Of a DNA stretch of 64,000 nucleotides, positions 28,410 to 42,390 are shown in pieces (positions within the stretch are counted from its first letter, which is position 1; every line of letters begins with the position of its first letter). Source of the DNA: Antedon mediterranea (lineage: Eukaryota > Animalia > Echinodermata); the NCBI RefSeq assembly GCF_964355755.1, contig NC_092673.1, positions 7,068,001-7,132,000 on the forward strand, in the 5' to 3' direction. The notes beneath the pieces were generated by a model. That model saw only the letters and a program-made list of their open reading frames with translations. It had not been told where the DNA came from and ran no database searches. Both the position numbers and the translations under genes were made by a program.

Positions 28410-30304
28410 AATTTTCTTCTAGCTAGCATCATTTTTCCTATTTCATGACGATACAATAGGTACAGGAAAAACATTATTTGCACCAAATACTTCCAAAATA
28501 TAAATATAATATATATAAACATAATTTAGTTTTACGCTATTTTAAGAAAATTTGAGTTTTTGTAAAAGGTCAATGACCTTTTGACCTCTAGTTACGTATA
28601 ACTGTTGTATTAATTGTTTTTTTTAATGTATATTATTAGTAGGATATATATACTCTACACATTGGTACTAAAGCTATTTAGATATGATTATAAAACAATG
28701 GATTATAGGCATAAATGCTATACCCCCTACCCCAAAATTGTTTACATTACATTTGATAAAGAATCAATTTCAATAAGAATAGTACATCATTACTTTTAAA
28801 ATTCTTCTAGTTAACATCATGTTTCCTATTTTATATATCGATAGGTACAGATAAAACACAATTTTGATTAAATGCATATACAATTATGGCACAATATTAC
28901 AGTTAATCATTTTTTTAAGGAAAAAAATAAGTTTTTGTAAAAGGTCAATAACCTTTTGACCTCTAGTTATATAAATAAATGTTGTATTTTGTTTTTTTAA
29001 ATTGCATATTAGAAAGAAATATATATTCTACACATTAATATCAAGATTATTGAGATTGGATTATAAAACCAGAAGTATGGGCATAAATGTTACTCCCTAC
29101 CCCAAAATATTTATGGAATAAAATCGATCACTATATAGTTGTTGAGATTACCTAAAAAATAATGTGTTCCAATGCTTCAATTTTCGGTGACTTTTAATAT
29201 GTCATTATAAACTACATTTTGAATGAAAAAATTAATGTTTCGTTACTATTGCAATTTGTGGTGGGTTTACCTCTAAATATCACTAGATTGACTGGACTAT
29301 TATCATAATTTCTATAATAAATAATAAAATTAATGACGTGATTTCAACAAAAGCACTAATTCGCGTATGTACTGTAATGCGAGTTACAGACGAATAACGC
29401 ATTTAAAATGTATTCATGACATCTACATATAGGTGACATTTTGTAGCAATAACTTTTCAACCATAAGTAGTATGAGAATTTCAATTAACGTGTCCCATGA
29501 TATTCTTTGTTCTATCGAAGTTAAATAAATGATTATTTTGATTTTTTTCATGTATAGTTCATACCCTTACAGGAAAATTTACCCTCAAGGTTACCTGATG
29601 ATGTGCTATGCCCAGAACATGTTTTAAGGCAGAGTTAAAATTTCGATTTTTTCTACAGTATTCATATCCTCTGCCTATGTAGCTCTTTGATTTTTAAAGT
29701 TTTCAATAAATTAACTTACTTCCGAGCATTTTAGGGCAAACTGTTGTATTAGACTAAATAGAAATGTATATGTTCCAAACAATTTGACACCAAAAGTAAT
29801 GCTCTACGACAAATATTTCTTGAGATACGGTAAAGAGATATGAATAGGTCAATAAGAGGTCAATAACCTCACTTCCGGTCATTTTGGGATAAAATATTAC
29901 ATTACACCAAATAAAAATATGCATGTTCTGAACAATTTGGGCCTAATCTTAATTCTCTATGACAAGCCATTACCGAGATATGATAAGACCAGGTCAAAGG
30001 TCAAACTGCCAGAAACTGTAGTAGCGGCCATTTTTTGACAAAATTGTCTGTTAGAGCAAATAGGAATGTATATATTGTGAACTATTTGACACCAAAATCG
30101 ATACTCTACGACAAGCGGTTACAAAGTTATAGACCAATTTAAAATGGCAGCCATTTTGGACGCCATCTTGGATTTCTCGGAGAGCACAAGGAGGATTTTT
30201 CGGGACTTTTAGTATGATGTTCCAATCATAGTTCTCGACCTTTCCTGAAAAAATTAGCTTGTTACCAGAAATTTCCGGGTCAAACCCTAATGCTCTTGGA
30301 CTAA
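28410..30304. mobile_element. Non-autonomous DNA-transposon-like repeat with ~390-bp internal duplication
   Basis: ttttgtaaaaggtcaat.accttttgacctctagtta at ~28557 and ~28933; repeated caatttgacaccaaaa..ctctacgacaa; ends ...cttggactaa. Superfamily not determined. Confidence 0.5.
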
Positions 30305-31186
30305 TTGGACATACTTAATAAGCATCATGGTCAGGAGACCTGTACATCAGCAGGCGCTGACTACAACTGTACTATTGTGTAAGAGAATATTATGCCAGTG
30401 GTTATATAGCGCCACCAGGCTTGCCAATGAAAAATACAAAACGGAACTAGATGATGGATTGGGTGCCGGTGCGATAGATCATACAGCAAACACATCTTTT
30501 TGCTTGTTTAGGTTTAAAAAAAGGTGTAGGTAATATAATATTGACAAGATAATAACAGGTCCTTCTGTAAATAATTAAAGCATGACAGCAAACATAACTA
30601 ACCCTTTCTTGTTTTGGAATAACAGATGAAAAATAAGATGAAGATAATAATATTGGCAAGAACGACTCATAAGGCAACGGAGTTGAGTTTCCATCTTAAA
30701 TAATTAAAACCTGACAGCAAAAAAAAACACATTTCTTGTTTAGGCTTAACATTTAGAAATCTTAAGAAAGAAAGTCTTAGGACAATTAGGACTACAATTA
30801 TGATATAACAGGATTCTTTACCGAACGACAGTAACTAAATACGCATACTATTTATCTACCATTTATTTGATGAACGTGCTTGGCAAGATGAACAAAAGAA
30901 ATGTTCGGGGTACGCATTATTAATTATATTGAATTGCAACATAATTCATTGTTCTTATTTAATGATTGACATTATATAACTTTACAATAAACTGGCATTA
31001 AGGTTTATGTTTTCCTCTATTATTAATCGTATGTGAAGCGTGCAATAGCAATAGGTATGGTCATGGTGAAACACAATTGCCAGAGAAAAGCAGGCCGGCG
31101 AGAACCGAGAAATCTCAACATACAGGTTTGTGCCAAGAAGTAAGAAGCAACACAAACTTACAAGACATCTGGAAAGATTTGATAAA

Positions 31187-31280
31187 ATGAACAGAGCCGC
31201 GTGTCTATCGCCATTATCTATGTTCAAACTCACGTTCAGTTACTTTACTATTTTCATTCTTATCATTACATGTTATTCAG
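31187..31280 (+). CDS. Signal-peptide exon A (alternative first exon of paralogue 3, or orphan relic)
   Basis: MNRAACLSPLSMFKLTFSYFTIFILIITCYS g|gtaggt; same 94-nt length and phase as the 13174 exon. Confidence 0.6.
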
Positions 31281-32479
31281 GTAGGTGTTTTCATACTATT
31301 ATTAATTAAAATTGCACTCATCTATTAGAAGTAAATACACTGTAATCATTATTTGGAATATGTAAACTTAATAATTTATGACACTGTAAATCTACACATT
31401 AAACAAATTTCACTGGCCTATTATAAGTAAATATAATGTAATTATTTATCATGGTATACCTAAATAAATTACACTCTCCTATTAGAAGTAAATATACTGT
31501 AAATATTCTGAATAGTAATTGTAATAACTATATAAGTTTCTTGGTTCCTAATTTAATGTCGAGTTTACTGTACCGACTGTGAGAAGTATGAGTTGAACTT
31601 GATCCACTTATTTATTTTACTGTACACCACCAATTGTCTATTGTAAATAATATTTATTTTAATTCGTGGATATGAATGCTGGTGCCATTGTAAAATAGAT
31701 TATACCAAAAGTTTGTAAAACGCGTGGCCATTGATATTACTGCTGTTACAGTCGAGTTCTAATCCGCGATATGTGTAAATGAAATAAAATGCATCAACTC
31801 TTAAAGCAACAAACAAAACACAAAACTAGATAGACCACAATTTAATTGCAAAAGTAGCAATTAAGATAACAAAGCTCAACCATTGAACATGTTAATCAAC
31901 AATGTGTGAGCAATATAAGGTCATTTGTATGATTTAGGTAGCAATATATTTTTCATGTCCACATTTGTATTTCATCTATAGGTATATTGCATACACATCA
32001 CTATTTCTAAGCATAATTAAAAACAAAGCTCTCACAAAAAAACTACAAAATATCAAATAAAACACCACGAAAACACCTAAAATTTATTATATAGTTATAG
32101 TATGGTTTTATAATTTTTAAATGTCCGCGCGTATCATCTAATTTCGACTACCAGCACCATTTGCACCTTTTTTGTGTTGATTTCAAATCCGTAATCAGCT
32201 GTAGTTATTACTCCAATACTTCACATCTATTCGGCATGTACATGCACGTTGTCACTTTCTGATGCGCACTCTAGATTAATATTCACACAGCCACATTTTT
32301 CTTCCACGATTAATGTGTAAATTGTAATAAGAAATAACATAGATTCTATATTTTTGTTTTCCGCTTACCGCTACCGGTCGTCTCTGGAGATTATGACTGA
32401 ATACCCGATTCTCTGTACTGTTCTATGTTCCCCCCGATATCGCTTGACAAAACAATTAAATAAAAATATGTGAGCAGTG

Positions 32480-33070
32480 GTCTAGAAAAATCTGTTTATA
32501 TGGTTTTTTCTCCAAAGACGAAACATGGTGAAGTGGTATCTAATATTATGCTAAATAATGATATATTATCTTACGTCAATGACTTACCAGGACATATTTT
32601 ACGTTAATAATTAATAATTTGTATTAATCTGCAGTATTGAGCTCTTTGCATTCGAGGTAAAACTGTTAGTAGACGTTTAGTAGACTGTTAAATGTAATTT
32701 GTTCAGATCGTTTTGTACTAATATGTACTGTTGTATGTTATGGTGTTAGCACACTGTGAAACTATTAAATCTCTGGAGGTGTGCTTATATAACAACTCAT
32801 TGGGAATGTTGCTAGGCTTACACTGTAGTGCTAGTAACATGTTTGCCACGAGGAGAATTCCCTCTTTTCACGAGCATGTACGCAAGTGCGTCTATTGTTT
32901 TAAAATAAGAGTTTTGAATAGTGGAAGATAATGATCTTCTTAGGTGTACTACGAACTATATATGTTACGATCTTCAAATCTCTTCACTAAATGAGAAAAA
33001 TCCTATTTTAGTGTGATTTTCCGTTTTGTATTTGTTGTTAATATATGGAATTCTGAAATGAAATCAATCT
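32480..33070 (+). mobile_element. Degraded RTE-X-like LINE C-terminal fragment
   Basis: EKSVYMVF...LFRSFCTNMYCCMLW / YNNSLGMLLGLHCSASNMFATRRIPSFHEHVRKCVYCFKIRV. Confidence 0.6.
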
Positions 33071-33196
33071 ATTAAAGCCAAATCACACTTATTATTAATT
33101 GTCATACTGTTTGTATGCCATGGAAACGAAGGAATCTGTTCTACATACTGTGTTTAGGTATTCGTAAGAGAATTTTGGACAGATGCTATATTAAAA

Positions 33197-33293
33197 ATGA
33201 ATATTATATTCGCGTGTCTATCGCGACTATCTATGCCCAAGTGTACTTTACTTTATTGTACTATTTTCGTTTTAATTTATACGTGTTATTCAG
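33197..33293 (+). CDS. Signal-peptide exon B, proximal first exon of paralogue 3
   Basis: MNIIFACLSRLSMPKCTLLYCTIFVLIYTCYS g|gtaggt, phase 1. Confidence 0.7.
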
Positions 33294-33522
33294 GTAGGTG
33301 TATGTATTTATTATAGTGTTTCAATTAACTATCTGTGTATAACCAGGACAGGACAATGCAATATTAATACTATTATACTGAAACCATGCTAACTATTAAT
33401 CGTAATAAGTAATTACACTCACATTATCATTACTGGCATTATAAGGCATATACGTTTTTTGCACGATAACGGCCAGTTTAAAAACAAAATACAATATAAA
33501 ATATATCAAATAATAAGTAAAG

Positions 33523-36500
33523 ATATAACAACAGATGCAACAACGGACACAACAACAGACACAACAACAGATGAAACATTGGACACAACAACAGATGCAA
33601 CAACGGACACAACAACAGATGCAACAACGGATGCAACAACGGACACAACAACTGATGCAACAACAGATGCAACAACGGACAAAACAACAGATGCAACGAC
33701 GGACACAACAACAGATGGAACAACGGACATAACAATATATGTAACAACGGACACAACAACATATGCAACAACAGATGCAACAACGGACAAAACAACAGAT
33801 GCAACGACGTACACAACAACAGATGGAACAACGGACACAACAAAAGATGCAACAACGGAAACAACAACGGACACAACAACATATCTAACAACGGACACAA
33901 CAACAGATGCAACAACGGGCACAACAACAGATGCAACAACGGGCACAACAACAGATGCAACAACGGACAAAACAACGGACACAACAACAGATTCAACAAC
34001 GGACACAACAAAAGATGCAACAACGGAAACAACAACGGACACAACAACAGATGCAACAACGGACACAACAAAAGATGCAACAACGGAAACAACAACGGAC
34101 ACAACAACGGACACAACAACAGATGCAACAACGAACATAACAACAGATGCAACAACGAACATAACAACAGATGGAACAACGGAAGAAACAACGGACACAA
34201 CAACAGATGCAACAACGGACACAACAACAGATGCAACAACGGACAAAACAACGGACACAACAACAGATGCAACAACGAACATAACAACAGATGGAACAAC
34301 GGACAAAACAACGGACACAACAACAGATGGAACAACGGACACAACAACAGATGCAACAACGGACACAACAACAGATGCAACAACGAACATAACAACAGAT
34401 GCAACAATGAACATAACAACAGATGGAACAACGGAAGAAACAAAGGACACAACAACAGATGCAACAACGGACAAAACAACGGACACAACAACAGATGCAA
34501 CAACGAACATAACAATAGATGGAACAACGGACAAAACAACGGACACAACAACAGATGCAACAACGAACATAACAACAGATGGAACAACGGACATAACAAC
34601 AGATGCAATAACAGATGCAACAACTGACACAACAACAGATGCAACAACGGACACAACAAAAGATGCAACAACGGAAACAACAACGGACACAACAACGGAC
34701 ACAACAACAGATGCAACAACGAACATAACAACAGATGCAACAACGAACATAACAACAGATGGAACAACGGAAGAAACAACGGACACAACAACAGATGCAA
34801 CAACGGACACAACAACAGATGCAACAACGGACAAAACAACGGACACAACAACAGATGCAACAACGAACATAACAGATGGAACAACGGACAAAACAACGGA
34901 CACAACAACAGATGGAACAACGGACACAACAACAGATGCAACAACGGACACAACAACAGATGCAACAACGAACATAACAACAGAGGCAACAACGAACCTA
35001 ACAACAGATGGAACAACGGAAGAAACAAAGGACACAACAACAGATGCAACAACGGACAAAACAACGGACACAACAACAGATGCAACAACGAACATAACAA
35101 TAGATGGAACAACGGACAAAACAACGGACACAACAACAGATGCAACAACGAACATAACAACAGATGGAACAACGGACATAACAACAGATGCAACAACAGA
35201 TGCAACAACTGACACAACAACAGATGCAACAACGGACACAACAAAAGATGCAACAACGGAAACAACAACGGACAACACAACGGACACAACAACAGATGCA
35301 ACAACGAACATAACAACAGATGCAACAACGAACATAACAACAGATGGAACAACGGAAGAAACAACGGACACAACAACAGATGCAACAACGGACACAACAA
35401 CAGATGCAACAACGGACAAAACAACGGACACAACAACAGATGCAACAACGAACATAACAACAGATGGAACAACGGACAAAACAACGGACACAACAACAGA
35501 TGCAACAACGAACATAACAACAGATGGAACAACGGACATAACAGATGCAACAACAGATGCAACAATGAACATAACAACAGATGGAACAACGGACAAAACA
35601 ACGGACACAACAACAGATGCAACAACGAACATAACAACAGATGGAACAACGGACATAACAGATGCAACAACAGATGCAACAACTGACACAACAACAGATG
35701 CAACAACGGACACAACAAAAGATGCAACAACGGAAACAACAACGGACACAACAACGGACACAACAACAGATGCAACAACGAACATAACAACAGATGCAAC
35801 AACGAACATAACAACAGATGGAACAACGGAAGAAACAACGGACACAACAACAGATGCAACAACGGACACAACAACAGATGCAACAACGGACAAAACAACG
35901 GACACAACAACAGATGCAACAACGAACATAACAACAGATGGAACAACGGACAAAACAACGGACACAACAACAGATGGAAAAACGGACACAACAACAGATG
36001 CAACAACGGACACAACAACAGATGCAACAACGAACATAACAGATGGAACAACGGACATAACAACAGATGCAACAACAGATGCAACAACGGACACAACAAC
36101 AGATGCAACAACGGACAAAACAACGGACACAACAACAGATGCAACAACGAACATAACAACAGATGGAACAACGGACAAAACAACGGACACAACAACAGAT
36201 GCAACAACGGACACAACAACAGATGCAACAACGGACAAAACAATGGGCACAACAACAGATGCAACGACGGACACAACAACAGATGCAACAACGGACACAA
36301 CAAGATATTCAACAACGAAAAAAACAACAACAGATGCAACAACGGACACAACAACATATGCAACGACGTACACAACAACAGATGCAACAACGGACACAAC
36401 AACAGATGCAACAACGAACATAACAACAGAGGCAACAATGAACCTAACAACAGATGGAACAACGGAAGAAACAAAGGACACAACAACAGATGCAACAACG

Positions 36501-39500
36501 GACAAAACAACGGACACAACAACAGATGCAACAACGAACATAACAATAGATGGAACAACGGACAAAACAACGGACACAACAACAGATGCAACAACGAACA
36601 TAACAACAGATGGAACAACGGACATAACAACAGATGCAACAACAGATGCAACAACTGACACAACAACAGATGCAACAACGGACACAACAAAAGATGCAAC
36701 AACGGAAACAACAACGGACAACACAACGGACACAACAACAGATGCAACAACGAACATAACAACAGATGCAACAACGAACATAACAACATATGGAACAACG
36801 GAAGAAACAACGGACACAACAACAGATGCAACAACGGACACAACAACAGATGCAACAACGGACAAAACAACGGACACAACAACAGATGCAACAACGAACA
36901 TAACAACAGATGGAACAACGGACATAACAGATGCAACAACAGATGCAACAACTGACACAACAACAGATGCAACAACGGACACAACAAAAGATGCAACAAC
37001 GGAAACAACAACGGACACAACAACGGACACAACAACAGATGCAACAACGAACATAACAACAGATGCAACAACGAACATAACAACAGATGGAACAACAGAA
37101 GAAACAACGGACACAACAACAGATGCAACAACGGACAAAACAACAGATGCAACAACAGATGCAACAACGAACATAACAACAGATGGAACAACGGACAAAA
37201 CAACGGACACAACAACAGATGGAAAAACGGACACAACAACAGATGCAACAACGGACACAACAACAGATGCAACAACGAACATAACAGATGGAACAACGGA
37301 CATAACAACAGATGCAACAACAGATGCAACAACGGACACAACAACAGATGCAACAACGGACAAAACAACGGACACAACAACAGATGCAACAACGAACATA
37401 ACAACAGATGGAACAACGGACACAACAAGATATTCAACAACGAAAAAAACAACAACAGATGCAACAACGGACACAACAACATATGCAACGACGTACACAA
37501 CAACAGATGCAACAACGGACACAACAACAGATGCAACAACGAACATAACAACAGAGGCAACAATGAACCTAACAACAGATGGAACAACGGAAGAAACAAA
37601 GGACACAACAACAGATGCAACAACGGACAAAACAACGGACACAACAACGGACACAACAACAGATGGAACAACGGACAAAACAACGGACACAACAACAGAT
37701 CCAACAACGGGCACAACAACATATGCAACAACAGACATAACAACAGATGGAACAACGGAAGAAACAACGGACACAACAACAGATGCAACAACAGACACAA
37801 CAAAAGATGCAACAACGGACACAACAACAGATGCAACAACAGATGCAACAACGGACACAACAACCGATGCAACGACGGACACAACAACAGAAGCAACAAC
37901 AGACAAAACAACAGATGCAACTACGTACACAACAACATATGCAACAACGGACACAACAAAAGAAGCAACAATGGACACAACAACAGATGCGACAACAGAC
38001 AAAACAACGGACACAACAACAGATGCAACAACGGACACAACAACATATGCAACGATGTACACAGCAACAGATGGAACAACGGACACAATAACAGATGCAA
38101 CAACGGACACAACAACAGATGCAACAACGGACACAACAACAGATCCAACAATGGGCACAACAACAGATGCAACAACGGACAAAACAACGGATGCAACAAC
38201 AGACACAACAACAGATGCAACAACAGATGCAACAACGGACACAACAACAGATGCAACAACAGATGCAACAACGGAAACAACAACGGACACAACAACGGAC
38301 ACAACAACAGATGCAACAACGAACATAACAACAGATGGAACAACGGACAAAACAACGGACACAACAACAGATGCAACAACGGACACAACAACATATGCAA
38401 CAACGGACAAAACAACAGATACAACAACAGACGCAACAACGGGCACAACAACAGATGCAACGACGGACACAACAACAGATGCAACGACGGACACAACAAC
38501 AGATGCAACAACGGACACAACAACATATTCAACAACGGACACAACAACAGATGCAACAACGGACACAACAACATATGCAACGACGTACACAACAACAGAT
38601 AGAACAACGGACACAACAACAGATGCAACGACGTACACAACAACAGATGCAACAACAGACACAGCAAAAGATGCAACAACGGACACAACAACAGATGCAA
38701 CAACAAATGCAACGACGGATACAACAACAGATGCAACGACATACATAACAACAGATGCAACAACAGACACAACAACAGAAGCAACAGACAAAACAACAGA
38801 TGCAACTACGTACACAACAACAAATGCAACAACGGACACAACAACAGATGCAACAACGGACACAACAACAGATCCAACAACGGACACAACAACAGATGCA
38901 ACAATGGACAAAACAACAGATGCAACAACAGACACAACAACAGATGCAACAACAGATGCAACCACGGACACAACAACAGATGCAACAACGGGCACAACAG
39001 ATGCAACGACGTACATAACAACAGATGCAACAACAGACACAACAACCGATGAAACAACGGACACAACAACAGATGCAACAACGGACACAACAACAGAAGC
39101 AACAACAGACAAAACAACAGATGCAACAACGGACACAACAGATGCAACAACGGACACAACAACCGATGCAACAACAGACAAAACAACGGACACAGCAACA
39201 GATGCAACAACGGACATAACAACAGATGCAACAACGGACATAACAGATGTAACCACGGACACAACAACAAATGTAACAACGGACATAACAACAGATGCAA
39301 CAACGAACATAACAGATGTAACCACGGACACAACAACATATGCAACGACAGACACAACAGCAGATGCAACAACGTACATAACAACAGATGCAACAACGGA
39401 CACAGCAACGGATGCGACAACGGACATAACAGATGTAACCACAGACACAACAACAGATGTAACAACGGACATAACAACAGATGCAACAACGGACATAACA

Positions 39501-40317
39501 GATGTAACCACGGACACAACAACATATGCAAGGACAGACACAACAGCAGATGCAACGACGTACATAACAACAGATGCAACAACAGACACAACAACCAATG
39601 CAACAACGGACACAACTACAGATGCAACAACGGACACAACAACAGATGCAACAACGGACACAAAAACAGATGCAACAACGGACACAACAACCGATGCAAC
39701 AACGGACACAACAACCGATGCAACAACAGACACAACAACAGACACAACAACAGATGCAACGACGTACATAACAACAGATGCAACAACAGATGCAACAACG
39801 GACACAACAACAGATGCAACAACGGACACAACAACCGATGCAACAACGGACACAACAACCGATGCAACAACAGACACAACAACAGACACAACAACAGATG
39901 CAACGACGTACATAACAACAGATGCAACAACAGATGCAACAACGGACACAACAACAGATGCAACAACGGACACAACAGCAGATGCAACGACGTACATAAC
40001 AACAGATGCAACAACAGATGCAACAACAGATGCAACGACGTACATAACAACAGATGCAACAACAGATGCAACAACGGACACAACAACAGATGCAACAACG
40101 GACACAACAACAGATGCAACAACGGACACAACAACAGATGCAACAACAGACACAACAACGGATGCAACGACGTACACAACAACAGATGCAACAACGGACA
40201 CAACAACAGATGCAATAACGGACATAACAGATGCAACGACGTACACAACAACAGATGCAACGACGGACATAACATCAAATGCAACAACAGACACAACAAT
40301 AAACACGATCAATCAAG
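33523..40317 (+). CDS. Paralogue 3: ~6.8-kb Thr/Asp(/Asn) repeat exon (5' boundary uncertain)
   Basis: Stop-free for ~2265 codons; donor g|gtaagc. The only nearby phase-1 acceptor (taaag|at) lacks a pyrimidine tract. Confidence 0.78.
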
Positions 40318-41356
40318 GTAAGCAGTCTGGATTTTACATTATCTTCATGTTCGAACCAAATTACTGTATTGTAAATTTAAGTCACGTAATGATTCATTTT
40401 ACAGATTCAACATTAAAACGAGGCTGCGTAGTATCAACAATTGGTAATGATTTTTTTTTATATGCAAATTAATAGGGTTGTTCAGAAAATTACCACCTCA
40501 CAAATCATTCAATTCACAGATCATTTTCCTTCATTATTATTTTAATCTTCACCATCATTCTTGTATTCGTTTTCTTTTTTTCATCTGATATTCATTCACT
40601 TGTATTTATTCGTCAATTTACACATTCGTGTGTTACTTGTTTTGTTTTGTTTTGTATGTAGTTATTATGTGTTTGTATGTTTGTACGCACGTAAACGTCC
40701 ACAGTTTTAAAGTCATCGTCAAGATTTTTGTTGCAAATAGGCATATACCAAGGCATCATTCCCGTTGATTTTCGATAAAATCGATATATTGGTGACGTCA
40801 CCAAACTAGATATCTCTAGTTACCATTATCTTTAATATGGGCCGAATAGTGAATAGCATGCCCTCTGGCGCTCTCTGCATTACGAAACCTATACATTTTT
40901 CGTTTTGTCCGTTAATCCAATTTGACATCCATTTAAATCAAAATATCTGAACAATCGGTAATATTAAACGATCTAAAAAGGTGTGGAGGCAAAAAAACAA
41001 TAAAACCTGTATATTATCATTGTTAAGTTAGCTCTCAGTCTGGTACTTCATTTACTATTTCAAAAGGGTAGGCCTATCGTCAGGCTTTCATCCTCATGTT
41101 CATTGTTTATTATAATGACATTTGCAACCAAAATTACCTCTTCGTCAGCGTTAAAGCAGGAAAGTTGAGCTTTGAAAGGTTTATTTTATATAATAACAAT
41201 ATGAATGTTATTCCCGGAGTTACCCTTTAAGTCCTGATACAAGATCCGTCACCGATTAATGTATTCATTAAACCCGTCATGTCAACTGACAAATCTATCT
41301 ATATGATTGTCAGTCAGGTCTAGTGATTTAAAATGTCACATTTGTTTTTTATTTAG

Positions 41357-41604
41357 CTGTACGGGGCTACTTCAGAAAAGTCAGCGTGGATGGACAAGAC
41401 GTTTGCCTGTTGGATCAAACCATTTTTAGCAAAAACGTTAGTAACGTTATAGACTGTTCACGCGTGTGTTTGTCCCATTCATTCTGTAATGGCTTTGTTG
41501 TCAGCAATCATCCATACTTAATATGTTCATTACTGGACAGGACATTTATTCGAGGAAAAGTAACTTCTATAAATTGTATTACGTATAAAAAGTACTTGAA
41601 ATAA
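41357..41604 (+). CDS. Paralogue 3: PAN/Apple-like terminal exon
   Basis: AVRGYFRKVSVDGQDVC...DCSRVCLSHSFCNGF...NCITYKKYLK*. Confidence 0.82.
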
Positions 41605-41690
41605 ATATCAGGGTTTTGATGTAATGTGATGTAATTTGAATCAGAAAGCACGCATGCGCACGCTGTACACTTGCAAGTGTCTAGTATTTG

Positions 41691-42031
41691 CAAAGAACTT
41701 ATAACAAAGAATCTCCTGTTCGTCCAAAGCGTGTAATAATTTCGAAATGCATTGTAGGAGAAAATAGAGGTTATGGGTGGCGCCATTGTGAGCCATGGAG
41801 TAGCACGCCCCTGTAGAGGGGATCTGCTATACTATAGGGGAACGAATTAATGACTGAGCCCTCTATATGAATTAATAGTTTGACCAAGGATCTTATATAA
41901 GATCTTTGTTTTGACTTCCTAGTTTGGAGAGGCGCTGTTCCATGCTGTGAAATGGCGTCGTCCAGTTTTACATTTTAACCATGTACTTCCGATACTGTGT
42001 TTTAAATGCAACAGGAGATTCTTGTTCTTTG
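41691..42031. mobile_element. P-like MITE (CAAAG...CTTTG), older copy
   Basis: Reverse-orientation homologue of 58856-59239; flanks GTATTTG/GTAATAG. Confidence 0.65.
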
Positions 42032-42082
42032 GTAATAGTGACTCCTCGCATCCACAGTACATTCGAGTATAATATTATACAA

Positions 42083-42390
42083 ATAATGAATGTTTATGAG
42101 TGCAATGGTACAAATAATGGCACGAGGTGAATGATGAAAGGTTATATCAACGAGACAAAGCCGAGTTGATATAACCTTTCATCATTCACCAAGTGCCATT
42201 ATTTGTACCATTACACGAATACAAAACATTCATTATTTGTTTTATATAACATCTAGACGTTTTTTTTTCGTACACAAAAATGTTTCAAAAAGTACTATTT
42301 AACGATCGTTGAATAGTGCGTACTATTGCACGCCATGTGACCCACATTCGTCCAATCAAATGACAGGAATTTATATAGGTGTTATATAAA
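42083..42390. mobile_element. Palindromic foldback repeat, second copy
   Basis: Same hairpin as 1607-1785. Confidence 0.7.

Noticed and set aside
21178-40312. Huge antisense ORFs (Val/Ser-rich up to 2268 aa; Leu/Cys/His-rich up to 1480 aa) and poly-Gln + strand ORFs
   Set aside because: Shadow frames of a T-poor repeat that rarely makes reverse-strand stops. Only the Thr/Asp frame is flanked by splice sites that join a signal peptide and PAN exon.
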